Shown: positions 47,014 to 55,437 of the stretch, piece after piece
Position numbering within the stretch: position 1 is the stretch's first letter
How the letters are laid out: the number at the start of each line of letters is the position of its first letter
Source of the DNA: Chloroflexota bacterium
GTDB lineage: Bacteria > Chloroflexota > Limnocylindria > P2-11E
Reading direction: 5' to 3'
Length of the DNA stretch: 55,437 bases
Assembly (NCBI GenBank): GCA_016191385.1
Contig: JACPOT010000047.1
Span: 1-55,437 of the forward strand
Translations under genes and position numbers: made by a program
The notes under the pieces: model-generated
Database searches by the model: none
The model's input: the letters and a program-made list of their open reading frames with translations, nothing else
What the model was told of the DNA's origin: nothing

Positions 47014-47739
47014 ATGGCGACGCTCCCCGCCGCTCCCGCGACCGCTACGTTGACCCGGCCGGCACGCGTGCTCGTCGTCGACGACGACGAGAACGTGACG
47101 AACATGCTCCGCCGGGCCCTCTCATTCGACGGCTACGCGGTCACGACCGCCCGCGACGGTGACGACGCCCTCAAGAAGGCGCTCGAGTACGGTCCCGACC
47201 TCGTCGTGCTCGACATCATGATGCCGGGCATCGACGGCGTGGAGGTCTGCCGCCGGCTGCGCGCCGGAGATCCCCACCTCGCGATCCTGATGCTCACCGC
47301 GCGCGATGCCGCGGCCGACCAGGTCGTCGGGCTCGACGCGGGCGCCGACGACTACCTGGTCAAGCCGTTCACGCTCGACGTGCTCACCGCGCGCATCCGC
47401 GCGCTGCTGCGGCGCAAGGAACCCACGGACGTGGAGATCCTGCACTTCGCCGACCTCGTGCTTGACACCGGGACGCGCAGCGCGCGCCGTGGCGCGCGCG
47501 AGATCGCGCTGACGACGACGGAGTACGACCTGCTGCTCCAGTTCCTGCGTCACCCGCGTCAGGTCCTCGAGAAGGAGCAGCTGACCGAGAAGGTGTGGGG
47601 CTACGACTTCGGCGGCAACTACAACGTCCTCGAGGTGTACGTGCGCTACCTGCGCCAGAAGCTCGAGGCCGCCGGCGAGCCGCGGCTCATCCATACGCTG
47701 CGCGGCGCGGGCTATGTCCTTCGCGAAGCATCGGGCTAG
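47014..47739 (+). CDS. OmpR-family response regulator (MprA-like)
   Basis: GLDAGADDYLVKPF, VWGYDFGGNYNVLEVYVRYLRQKLE..PRLIHTLRGAGY. Confidence 0.95.
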   Translation: MATLPAAPATATLTRPARVLVVDDDENVTNMLRRALSFDGYAVTTARDGDDALKKALEYGPDLVVLDIMMPGIDGVEVCRRLRAGDPHLAILMLTARDAAADQVVGLDAGADDYLVKPFTLDVLTARIRALLRRKEPTDVEILHFADLVLDTGTRSARRGAREIALTTTEYDLLLQFLRHPRQVLEKEQLTEKVWGYDFGGNYNVLEVYVRYLRQKLEAAGEPRLIHTLRGAGYVLREASG

Positions 47740-47748
47740 CGAGGCCGC

Positions 47749-48825
47749 GTGAGCATCCGCCTGCGCCTCGCGCTCTGGTACGGCGCGCTCCTCGCCGGCG
47801 TCCTGGCGGTCGGCCTGACGACCGCCTATCTCATTCACGCGACCTCGCACGAGGCGGCACTCCCCGGGTTCGAGGCGTCGCTGGAGCGCCTTCGCGCGAT
47901 CCTCCTTGGCGTAGGGGTCATCGGGGTCGCCGTGGCGGTCGTGGGGGGCTGGATCATCTCCAGTGGCGCACTCCGGCCGGTCCGCGCGATGATCGAGACC
48001 GCGGGCGCGATCGCGCTCTCCCGAGGCTTCTCCCGTCGCATCGAGGTGCGCCCCGACGCCGCCGACGAGCTGAGCGATCTCGGCCGCACCTTCAACGAGA
48101 TGCTCTCGAGCCTCGACGACGCCTATCGCCGGCAGCAGCGCTTTGTCGCCGACGTGTCCCACGAGCTCCGCACCCCGCTCACGGCGGTCCAGGGCGACCT
48201 CGACCTCCTCGCACGCGGGCAGCTCCCGCCGACCGAGGCCGCGGCCGCGCTCACCGAAGCGCGAACGGAGACTCGCCGACTCGCACGGCTGATCGACGAC
48301 CTCCTCGTGCTCGCGCGAGCCGACGGCGGCCCGCAGCCCTTCCTGGGCAAGCCGGTGCAGCTCGACGAGGTCGTGATGGAGGTCTTCCGTGAGCTGCGCG
48401 GGAAGGCTGGAGCGCGACTACACGTCGTCGATCTCGAGGGGGCGCTCGTGGAGGGGGAGCGGGATCGCCTCACGCAGCTCGTCCTGATCCTCGTGGACAA
48501 CGCGCTGAGCTACACCCCGCCGCCGGGCGAGGTGCGCCTCTCGCTGCGGCTCGAGGGAGCGCAGACCGTCCTGCGGGTGGAGGACGACGGCATCGGTATC
48601 AGCGAGGAGACGGCCACGCGCGCTTTCGAGCGCTTCTTCCGCGGCGAGGAGGCGCAGCGCCTCGACCCCGCGGGTACGGGCTTGGGGTTGTCGATCGCGC
48701 GCTGGGTCGTGGAGCGACATGGCGGGACGATCTCCCTCGAGCCGCGGGCGGTGCGCGGTACGCGCGCGGCGGTCCGACTGCCGGTGGCCAGTCAGGACGC
48801 GCGACCGAGCCAGCAGGTCGCGTAG
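47749..48825 (+). CDS. HAMP-domain sensor histidine kinase
   Basis: DVSHELRTPL, LVDNA, DDGIG, GTGLGL; very short extracytoplasmic loop containing HATSHE. Confidence 0.95.
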   Translation: MSIRLRLALWYGALLAGVLAVGLTTAYLIHATSHEAALPGFEASLERLRAILLGVGVIGVAVAVVGGWIISSGALRPVRAMIETAGAIALSRGFSRRIEVRPDAADELSDLGRTFNEMLSSLDDAYRRQQRFVADVSHELRTPLTAVQGDLDLLARGQLPPTEAAAALTEARTETRRLARLIDDLLVLARADGGPQPFLGKPVQLDEVVMEVFRELRGKAGARLHVVDLEGALVEGERDRLTQLVLILVDNALSYTPPPGEVRLSLRLEGAQTVLRVEDDGIGISEETATRAFERFFRGEEAQRLDPAGTGLGLSIARWVVERHGGTISLEPRAVRGTRAAVRLPVASQDARPSQQVA

Positions 48826-48845
48826 CTTTCCGCGTTCCCGAGCTT

Positions 48846-48900
48846 CCTCAGCGATCTCTCAGCGGGGTTCCAGAGGACCGCAAGCGAGGAACGCGACGCT
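48846..48900 (+). promoter_or_regulatory. Third MprA-type promoter
   Basis: CCTCAG 48846, TCTCAG 48857, TTCCAG 48868, CGCAAG 48879, 10 nt, GACGCT 48895. Confidence 0.65.
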
Positions 48901-48907
48901 GCTCCTC

Positions 48908-49234
48908 GTGGCCTGGATGATGGGTCGGAACGCACAGCGGGCGCGGCGCCTGGCCGACGGCACGCAGGAGGCGCGCGTCGTCGTCGACCGCGGCTACACG
49001 CCCTCGCGCATCGAGCTCGACGCGGGCGTACCCGCGGTCCTGCGCTTCGAACGGCGCGAGGACGATCCGTGCACCGAGATGCTCGTCTCGGAGCTGTGGC
49101 CGAGCGCCCACCGGCTCCTGGCGCACGCGGAGACGCCCGTCCGGTTCACGCCGCAGCGGCCCGGCCGCTACGCGTTCACCTGCGGCATGGGCATGTATTC
49201 GGGCGAGCTGGTCGTTCGCGGGGGGAAAGGCTGA
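48908..49234 (+). CDS. Cupredoxin-domain protein (CupA-like)
   Basis: [21 protein letters not shown]. Confidence 0.85.
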   Translation: MAWMMGRNAQRARRLADGTQEARVVVDRGYTPSRIELDAGVPAVLRFERREDDPCTEMLVSELWPSAHRLLAHAETPVRFTPQRPGRYAFTCGMGMYSGELVVRGGKG

Positions 49235-49395
49235 TGGATGCGCTGATCGCTTTCGCGCCCTTTGCGCTGCTTCTCCTGCTGTGCTCGCTGATGATGCTGT
49301 TCATGCACCGCGGTGGCGGACACGACCACCGCATCGACGAGCGCGAGGAGCTCGCGCGCCGCGTGCGGGCGTCCAAGGAAGACGCGCGGACGTGA
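49234..49395 (+). CDS. DUF2933-like small membrane protein
   Basis: [21 protein letters not shown]. Confidence 0.75.
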   Translation: MDALIAFAPFALLLLLCSLMMLFMHRGGGHDHRIDEREELARRVRASKEDART

Positions 49396-51680
49396 CCGTC
49401 GCGCGCCTCACGCTGACGCTGGACGGTGCCGCCTGCGCCTCCGAGGCGCAGAGCCTCGAGCGCGTCCTCGCCCACGCGCACGGTGTGCGCAGCGTCTACG
49501 TGAATCCCGTGACCAGCCGCGCGACGGTGGAAGCCGACGCGGACGAGGTCGACATCGCCACGCTCACGGCACTGCTGCGCGACGCGGGCGCAGCGGTGCT
49601 GGCGGTCGAGCGGTCGCTGGCGGCCGCGGTCCCGCCCGTGATCACCCGCGGCGAGACCGCCAGCGACAGCGAGCGGGAGTACCGGCGGCTCATGCGCAAG
49701 TGGTGGTTCGGCGCGGCGGTGGGCGTGCCCACGATGGTGCTCTCGTACCCCTGGCTCCTGCCCGTGCTGAGCGACCTGTTCCCGCGCGGGAGCGAGGCGC
49801 TGCACCACCTCTGGATCGCCATGGGCGTGGCGAGCCTTGCCGTGCTCGTGTACTCCGGGAGCCAGTTCTTCGTCGGCTTCCTCGAGAGCATCAAGCACCG
49901 CTCCGCGACGATGCACACGCTCATCGCCATCGGGACCGGTACGGCGTGGCTGTACTCCACGGTCGCGCTGGCCTTCCCGCAGCTGTTCCCGTCGGCCGAG
50001 TTCACCGAGGTGTACTACGACGTCACCGTCGTCGTGACCGCTCTCGTCGTCCTGGGGATGGCAATGGAGATCCGGGCACGCGGGCGGACCAGCGAGGCCA
50101 TCAAGAAGCTCATCGGGCTCCAGCCGCGTACCGCGCGCGTCATCCGCGCCGGCGGCGAGGAGACCGTTCCGATCGAAGACGTGCGCGTCGGCGAGCTCGT
50201 CGTCGTGCGCCCCAGCGAGCGCATCCCGCTCGACGGCACGCTCGCGAGCGGCTCGTCCGCGGTCGACGAGTCGATGCTGACCGGCGAGTCGATGCCCGTG
50301 GACAAGGTCGTGGGCGACGAGGTCATCGGCGCCACCATGAACACGCACGGCGCCTTCACCCTGCGCGTGACCAAGGTGGGCGCGGACACGGCGCTCGCCA
50401 GCATCGTGCGCCTGGTCCAGGACGCGCAGGCCACCAAGGTCCCCATCCAGCGGATCGTCGACCGCGTCAGCGCGTACTTCACGCCCGTCGTCGTCATGCT
50501 CGCCATCGCCGGGTTCGCGATCTGGTACGACCTGGGGCCCGCGCCGGCCTTCGCCTACGCGACCATCGTCATGGTCACCACGCTGATCATCGCCTGCCCC
50601 TGCGCGCTGGGGATGGCCACGCCGATGTCGCTCACCACGGGCATCGGCAAGGCCGCCGAGCACGGCGTGCTCATCCGCTCGGGCGAGGCGCTCCAGGGCG
50701 CGCAGCGGCTTCAGACCATCGTGCTCGACAAGACCGGCACCATCACCAGGGGCGAGCCCGCTCTCACCGACGTCGTCCCTTCCCCTCCATTCGACGAGGG
50801 CGAGCTCCTTCGGCTGGCCGCCAGCGCCGAGACCGGGAGCGAACACCCGCTCGGTGCGGCTGTGGTCGCGGGAGCTCGCGCTCGTAGCATCGATCTCGCC
50901 CCGGCGACGTCTTTCGTCGCGTTGCCGGGTGGTGGGATCAGGGCGCTCGTGGAGGGACACGACATCCGGATCGGCAACGAGGGGTACCTGCGTCAGGCAG
51001 GGATCGACCTCGGGGGCCTTCCGGGGCCCTGGACGGTGCTCGCGGAGGAGGGCAAGACGCCGATGTACGTCGGCATCGACGGCCGCGCCGCGGGTCTCGT
51101 CGCCGTGGCGGACACGGTGAAGGAAGACTCGGTCGCCGCGATCAAGCGGCTGCGGGAGCTCGGCCTCGAGGTCGTGATGCTCACCGGCGACAACCGACGC
51201 ACCGCGCAGGCCATCGCACGCCAGGTCGGGGTCGACCGCGTCCTCGCCGATGTCCAGCCCGGCGACAAGGCCATGGAGGTGCGCAAGCTGCAGCTCGAAG
51301 GCAGCCGCGTCGGGATGGTCGGCGACGGCACGAACGACGCGCCGGCCCTGACGCAGGCCGATGTCGGCTTCGCCATCGGGACCGGAACGGACGTGGCGAT
51401 CGAGGCGGCGGATGTGACGCTCATCGGCGGGAGCCTCAAGGGCGTGGTCCTCGCGATCGAGGTCTCCAAGGCGACGATGCGCAACGTCTACCAGAACCTC
51501 TTCGGCGCCTTCGTCTACAACTCGCTCGGGCTTCCGGTCGCTCTGGGCGCGCTCTACCCCCTTTTCGGGATCCTCCTCTCGCCGATCCTGGCCGCGGCGG
51601 CGATGAGCTTCAGCTCCGTCACCGTCATCAGCAACGCCGACCGCCTGCGGCACTTCCGCCCCAAGGAGGCGCACGCATGA
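49392..51680 (+). CDS. copA: Copper-translocating P1B-1 ATPase
   Basis: TGES, CPC, DKTGT, SEHPLG, GDGTND, YN and MxxSS TM motifs; N-terminal HMA-like CASE. Confidence 0.95.
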   Translation: MTVARLTLTLDGAACASEAQSLERVLAHAHGVRSVYVNPVTSRATVEADADEVDIATLTALLRDAGAAVLAVERSLAAAVPPVITRGETASDSEREYRRLMRKWWFGAAVGVPTMVLSYPWLLPVLSDLFPRGSEALHHLWIAMGVASLAVLVYSGSQFFVGFLESIKHRSATMHTLIAIGTGTAWLYSTVALAFPQLFPSAEFTEVYYDVTVVVTALVVLGMAMEIRARGRTSEAIKKLIGLQPRTARVIRAGGEETVPIEDVRVGELVVVRPSERIPLDGTLASGSSAVDESMLTGESMPVDKVVGDEVIGATMNTHGAFTLRVTKVGADTALASIVRLVQDAQATKVPIQRIVDRVSAYFTPVVVMLAIAGFAIWYDLGPAPAFAYATIVMVTTLIIACPCALGMATPMSLTTGIGKAAEHGVLIRSGEALQGAQRLQTIVLDKTGTITRGEPALTDVVPSPPFDEGELLRLAASAETGSEHPLGAAVVAGARARSIDLAPATSFVALPGGGIRALVEGHDIRIGNEGYLRQAGIDLGGLPGPWTVLAEEGKTPMYVGIDGRAAGLVAVADTVKEDSVAAIKRLRELGLEVVMLTGDNRRTAQAIARQVGVDRVLADVQPGDKAMEVRKLQLEGSRVGMVGDGTNDAPALTQADVGFAIGTGTDVAIEAADVTLIGGSLKGVVLAIEVSKATMRNVYQNLFGAFVYNSLGLPVALGALYPLFGILLSPILAAAAMSFSSVTVISNADRLRHFRPKEAHA

Positions 51681-52054
51681 CGCCCGACCAGATCCTCGTC
51701 ACGGCCGCCGGGGTCCTCGCGATCGCCGGCATCGCGGCTTTCTTCCTCGTGCCCAGGGGCAGCGAGACACGCGCGGTCGCGAGCTCGTCCGGGTTCCAGG
51801 AGGCGTTGATCCTGGTGAAGGGCGGCTACACGCCCGACCGCATCGTCGCCGAGGCGGGCGCACCCATCCGGCTGAGCTTCCTGCGTGCGGAGTCGGGCGC
51901 CTGCTCCGAGCGCGTCGTGTTCCCCGACTTCCGCACGAGCGCGCTGTTGCCCGAGGGCGAGAAGATCATCCTCGATCTTCCCGCGGCCAAGCCCGGTGAG
52001 TACGGCTTCCAGTGCGAGATGGGCATGCTGCGCGGGACCCTGGTCGTCCGATGA
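51677..52054 (+). CDS. Cupredoxin-domain protein (CupA-like)
   Basis: [26 protein letters not shown]. Confidence 0.88.
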   Translation: MTPDQILVTAAGVLAIAGIAAFFLVPRGSETRAVASSSGFQEALILVKGGYTPDRIVAEAGAPIRLSFLRAESGACSERVVFPDFRTSALLPEGEKIILDLPAAKPGEYGFQCEMGMLRGTLVVR

Positions 52055-52456
52055 AGATCCGTGGGCTGGTGGCAGGTCTCGCGATCGCGATCGTCGCCTC
52101 GTCCTGCGCAGGGGCGCCGAGCGCAGCACCGGTCCTCGCGGCGCCGGCGCTCAGCGCGAGCGGCGCCCTGGGCGAGCGGTCACACGAGGACGGCGCGGTG
52201 AAGGTCGTGGCGTCCTGGATCGAGGGATCGGTCCCGAGCCTGCGTATCACCCTGGATACGCACTCCGTTGACCTCGACAGGTTCGACCTGAAGCAGCTCG
52301 CGCGCCTACGCATCAACGGCGGAGACTGGACCGCGCCCTCGTCCTGGGACGCGCCCGCGGGTGGACACCATCGGTCGGGAACGCTCGCGTTCGATGAGAT
52401 CGACGCGCAGGCGCTCGCCTCGGCTCGGGTCATCGAGCTCGAGGTCCGCGACGTTG
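52051..52456 (+). pseudogene. His-motif lipoprotein, C-terminus deleted (no stop)
   Basis: Lipobox ASSC; LDTHSVDL, GGHHRSG; runs into the next gene at VRDV. Confidence 0.7.
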
Positions 52457-52897
52457 AGCGGCGCCGGCGCGCTCGTCGCGCTCTACCTCGGCCTGGTGAC
52501 GTGGGCGCAGGGCCCCGAGCATGCGCTCGACCTGCTGTGGGACGACCGGCTCTTCGTCGGCCTCATCGGCGCCGGCTTCGGCACCCAGGTCGGGCTGTTC
52601 ACGTACCTCCGCCTGCTGCAGCGCGCGATGGCGCGCGAGTCGGTCGCGCTCGCCGGCGCCGGCACGGCCACCTCCACAGCCTCAATGCTCGCCTGCTGCG
52701 CGCACCACGTCGCCGACGTGCTGCCGATCCTCGGGCTCTCGGGGCTCGCCGTGTTCCTCGTCGAGTTCCGCACGCCGCTCATGCTGCTGGGCATCGTGAC
52801 GAATGGCGTCGGCGTCGCGGTGATGCTGCGCGAGCTGCGCCGCGCGCGCGGCCACTATCGCGCGATGGCAATGATGCCCGCCGCGGCCGAGGCGTAG
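52454..52897 (+). CDS. Membrane protein with CCAHH motif (N-terminus probably clipped)
   Basis: GFGTQVGL, SMLACCAHHVADVLP; TTG with GAGGT 8 nt upstream. Confidence 0.75.
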   Translation: MSGAGALVALYLGLVTWAQGPEHALDLLWDDRLFVGLIGAGFGTQVGLFTYLRLLQRAMARESVALAGAGTATSTASMLACCAHHVADVLPILGLSGLAVFLVEFRTPLMLLGIVTNGVGVAVMLRELRRARGHYRAMAMMPAAAEA

Positions 52898-52898
52898 C

Positions 52899-53111
52899 GT
52901 GCCGGCACTGGGCACCTATCGCAGTGCCTGCGGCTCTCTGCTCCACCGCCGCGTCGAGGGGGACGGCGGCGTCCGATGGGTGGCTGAGGACGACCGCGGA
53001 TGCCGGCCGGTCGAGCTCGCCTGGACCGCGACCCCGCGCATGCTCTCGGACGACCCCGACTGGCCCTGCGGTCCGGAGCGGTTCCGCGACGCGGTCCTCG
53101 AGCCGGACTGA
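52899..53111 (+). CDS. 70-aa hypothetical protein
   Basis: Tight spacing after the previous stop; three Cys; LSDDPDWP. Confidence 0.5.
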   Translation: MPALGTYRSACGSLLHRRVEGDGGVRWVAEDDRGCRPVELAWTATPRMLSDDPDWPCGPERFRDAVLEPD

Positions 53112-53236
53112 GCGCCGGACGTATCTCAGAGCGCGATGCGGGCTGGGGCACTGACGCGGACGGCGAGCGTTACGCTCGCGCGGCGGCGCGCGGAGTCGGA
53201 AGGGAGGTGGCGGACACGAGCTCGCGACCAGCGACG

Positions 53237-54310
53237 ATGGCGAGCGACGATCGCGGCATGTGGCGGCGGACCTGGGCATGGCTCGACGAGCGGGCGGGCC
53301 TCTCGGCCCTCCGCTACCCCATCCCGCCGCACGCGAACACCGTCGCCTACACGCTCGGAGGCATCAGCTTCGTCGGCTTCCTCGTCCTCGCGCTGACCGG
53401 CTTCTGGCTCGCGCAGTTCTACGACCCCATGCCCGACCACGTGCGCGCCTCGATGGAGGCGATCCGGACCGAGGCCCCGCTCGCCGCGTTCGTGCGCGGC
53501 ATCCACTTCTGGGTCGCGAACATCGTCGTGGTGACGGTCGTGCTCCACATCCTGCGCGTCTTCGCGACGGCGTCGTTCAAGCGCCCGCGTGAGCTGAACT
53601 GGCTCGCCGGCGTGGCGCTCCTCGCGATCACGATCGCGTTCGCCTTCACGGGGTCCGTGCTGAAGTGGGACCAGGAGGCCTTCGAGGCGCTCCAGCACAA
53701 CTTCGAGATCGCCGGGATCCTCGGCGGGCTGGGCGTCTTCTTCTCCGAGTCCTTCACGGAAGCGGTCCCGGTCCTCGCGCGCCTCTACTCGGCGCACGTG
53801 AGCATCCTCCCGCTCCTCGCGACGCTGCTCTTCGTCGCGCACTTCTTCCTCGTGAAACACCACGGCATCTCGCCGCTCCCCGAGCGCGCCGACGCCGGCG
53901 CGGCCCCGGGCGGCAAGGTCCCCGAGGCGGAGCTCGGCGCGCGGTACACCGGGCACCTCGGCCGGATGGTCGGGTTCGGGCTCCTGGCCGCGGTCGCCGC
54001 GGCGGTGCTCGGGCTCGTGTTCCCCGCGCCGCTCGGCGACGTGCCGAACCCCGACATCGAGGTGACGAAGCCGCCCTTCTTCTTCTACTGGCTCTACGCC
54101 TTCGAGGACTGGTTCGGGGTGCAGGCGATCCTGTACGCGAGCCTCGCGTTCTTCACGCTCCTCGCGATCGTGCCCATCCTCGACCGTTCCCCGCTGCGGA
54201 GCCTCCGCCGCAGGCCGCTCGTGGCGGCGGGCGCCGCGCTCGTGCTCCTTGTGGTGGTGGCGCTGTCCGTGTACGTGTTCTTCGCACCGGTGGCGGAGCA
54301 CATCGAGTAG
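53237..54310 (+). CDS. Cytochrome b/b6-family protein (no Rieske or cytochrome c gene adjacent)
   Basis: Four heme His (RGIHFW..LHILR, SAHV..AHF), RELNWLAG; Qo motif reads PPFF instead of PEWY. Confidence 0.9.
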   Translation: MASDDRGMWRRTWAWLDERAGLSALRYPIPPHANTVAYTLGGISFVGFLVLALTGFWLAQFYDPMPDHVRASMEAIRTEAPLAAFVRGIHFWVANIVVVTVVLHILRVFATASFKRPRELNWLAGVALLAITIAFAFTGSVLKWDQEAFEALQHNFEIAGILGGLGVFFSESFTEAVPVLARLYSAHVSILPLLATLLFVAHFFLVKHHGISPLPERADAGAAPGGKVPEAELGARYTGHLGRMVGFGLLAAVAAAVLGLVFPAPLGDVPNPDIEVTKPPFFFYWLYAFEDWFGVQAILYASLAFFTLLAIVPILDRSPLRSLRRRPLVAAGAALVLLVVVALSVYVFFAPVAEHIE

Positions 54311-54341
54311 CCGCGCGCATCATCGGCGGATCGCGGCTCCG

Positions 54342-55193
54342 CTGACGCGAGCGCTCGTGGCCGTCGGGGTCGCCCTCGTCTACGGCGCGTGCTTCGTGGC
54401 CATCCGCGCGGGGCTCGAGTACGCACCGCCGTTCGCCTTCGCGGCGGCCCGCGCGCTCGGCGGCGGGGTCACGCTCCTCGCCCTCGCGGGCGTCGCCGGC
54501 CAGCCCCTGCTCGGGACCGGCGTGCGCTGGCCGGCGCTCCTGGCGGTCGCGCTCACGTCGACCACGCTGGGCTTCGGGACCATGTTCTCGAGCCAGCTCT
54601 GGTCCGGCGCCGGCCTCGCGTCGGTCGCCGGCAACCTCCAGCCGCTCTTCGTCGTCGCGCTGGCGCTGGTGTTCCTCGGCGAACCCCTTACGCGCGCGAA
54701 GGCGCTCGCCCTCGCCGTGGGATCGGCCGGCGTCGCCCTCGTGGTCTCCCCGGCCCTGACCACGGAGGCTGGCGTCCTGCTGGCACTGGCCTCATCCGCG
54801 ACCCTCGCGGTCGGGAACGTCCTGCTGAAGCGGCTGGGCGACGCGCCTCGGGTCGTGGTCTTCTCCGCGTGGCAGCTCATCCTCGGCGGGCTCCCGCTCC
54901 TGGCGCTGTCCGCCGTGCTGGAGCGCGGCGCGCCGCTCGACTGGAGTCTCGAGCTCGTCGCGCTGGTCGCGCTCCTGGCCCTTCCCGGTGCCGCCCTCCC
55001 GTACGCGGCGTGGAACTGGCTGGTCCGGCGCGGAGACGTCGGCAGCCTGTCGGTCTTCCTCTTCCTGACCCCCGTCGCCGGCGTCGTCCTGGCCGGCGTG
55101 GCCTACGGGGAGCGGCTGTCCGGTGCGTCCGTGCTCGGCCTCGCGCTGACCGTGCTCGCAGCGCTCCTGGTCGCACGATCGCCGGAGGCGTGA
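54342..55193 (+). CDS. DMT/EamA-family transporter; start uncertain
   Basis: PPFAFAAAR, LQPLF..FLGE, FLTPV..GE; about 10 TM. Confidence 0.88.
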   Translation: MTRALVAVGVALVYGACFVAIRAGLEYAPPFAFAAARALGGGVTLLALAGVAGQPLLGTGVRWPALLAVALTSTTLGFGTMFSSQLWSGAGLASVAGNLQPLFVVALALVFLGEPLTRAKALALAVGSAGVALVVSPALTTEAGVLLALASSATLAVGNVLLKRLGDAPRVVVFSAWQLILGGLPLLALSAVLERGAPLDWSLELVALVALLALPGAALPYAAWNWLVRRGDVGSLSVFLFLTPVAGVVLAGVAYGERLSGASVLGLALTVLAALLVARSPEA

Positions 55194-55437
55194 ACGCTTC
55201 GCATGTGAGAGAGCCGCGGAATGAAGCGTGGCATGCGCGAGGCGTAGGCATCCCATTCCGCTCCGAACAAGGCGCGGACCTCACGCTCCTCGGCTATGGC
55301 GAGCCTCCGATAGGCGACGACCAGAACGGGGAACATGACAAGCGTCGGGATCGTCGGCCATTGCAGCAGGAACCCCACCATGACCAGAAGGAACCCGGCG
55401 TACTGCGGGTGGCGCACCCAGGCGTACGCCCCGGTCA
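55103..55437 (-). CDS. Isoprenylcysteine carboxyl methyltransferase family protein (partial, runs off window end)
   Basis: TGAYAWVRHPQYAGF..QWPT..EERE..FG..Y..PRFIP. Confidence 0.88.
   Translation of the reverse strand, partial: TGAYAWVRHPQYAGFLLVMVGFLLQWPTIPTLVMFPVLVVAYRRLAIAEEREVRALFGAEWDAYASRMPRFIPRLSHMRSVHASGDRATRSAASTVSARPSTDAPDSRSP

Noticed and set aside
53124-53176. TCTCAG and TACGCT upstream of cytochrome b as another MprA-type promoter
   Set aside because: Single half-site, no 11-bp periodic partners, and the spacing differs from the other three
615-54301. Many long antisense or alternate-frame ORFs (e.g. 4986-6464 -, 11983-13416 +, 23123-25174 -, 35538-37370 -, 49176-51674 -)
   Set aside because: Arg/Ala/Pro-rich shadows of real genes, expected in high-GC DNA; no recognisable motifs
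1-55437. tRNA, rRNA, tmRNA, known riboswitches, prophage genes
   Set aside because: No cloverleaf/T-loop signatures, rRNA motifs, recognisable aptamer consensus or phage structural genes seen by eye; a tRNAscan/Rfam run would be needed to exclude them formally

Overview
GC-rich bacterial contig. The gene style (many leaderless starts, F420-type LLM oxidoreductases, LigC/Prim-Pol, TAXI-TRAP) suggests a Chloroflexota- or Actinomycetota-like soil organism; this is an inference. There are three zones. (1) 1-4.1 kb is a nested mobile region. It contains the right end of an IS256-family element and a ~1.75-kb element bounded by CTA(A/G) with no terminal inverted repeats. That element encodes a frameshifted ~540-aa protein with Rep_trans-like motifs and a C-terminal wHTH. 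It has inserted into one of two copies of a ~160-bp structured non-coding repeat, and the two copies bracket a HicB/HicA/pRiA4b-ORF3 cassette. The repeat resembles an IS110 end-to-end junction plus non-coding left end. (2) 4.1-41.6 kb is mostly housekeeping or metabolic: peptide ABC transporter, beta-CASP nuclease/DEAD helicase/zinc-ribbon unit with a switch-like leader, GT4-GH130 cluster, pirin/dioxygenase, TAXI-TRAP, hutUH, sulfite-oxidase-like enzyme, amidase, LigC/Prim-Pol. (3) 41.6-55.4 kb is a decaying copper/metal island: cupredoxins, CcdA-like protein, P1B ATPase, a two-component system with MprA-type TCTCAG boxes, an orphan cytochrome b, several deletion scars and one inversion. I found no rRNA, tRNA or CRISPR array. 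All family assignments come from motif recognition by eye, not from database searches.
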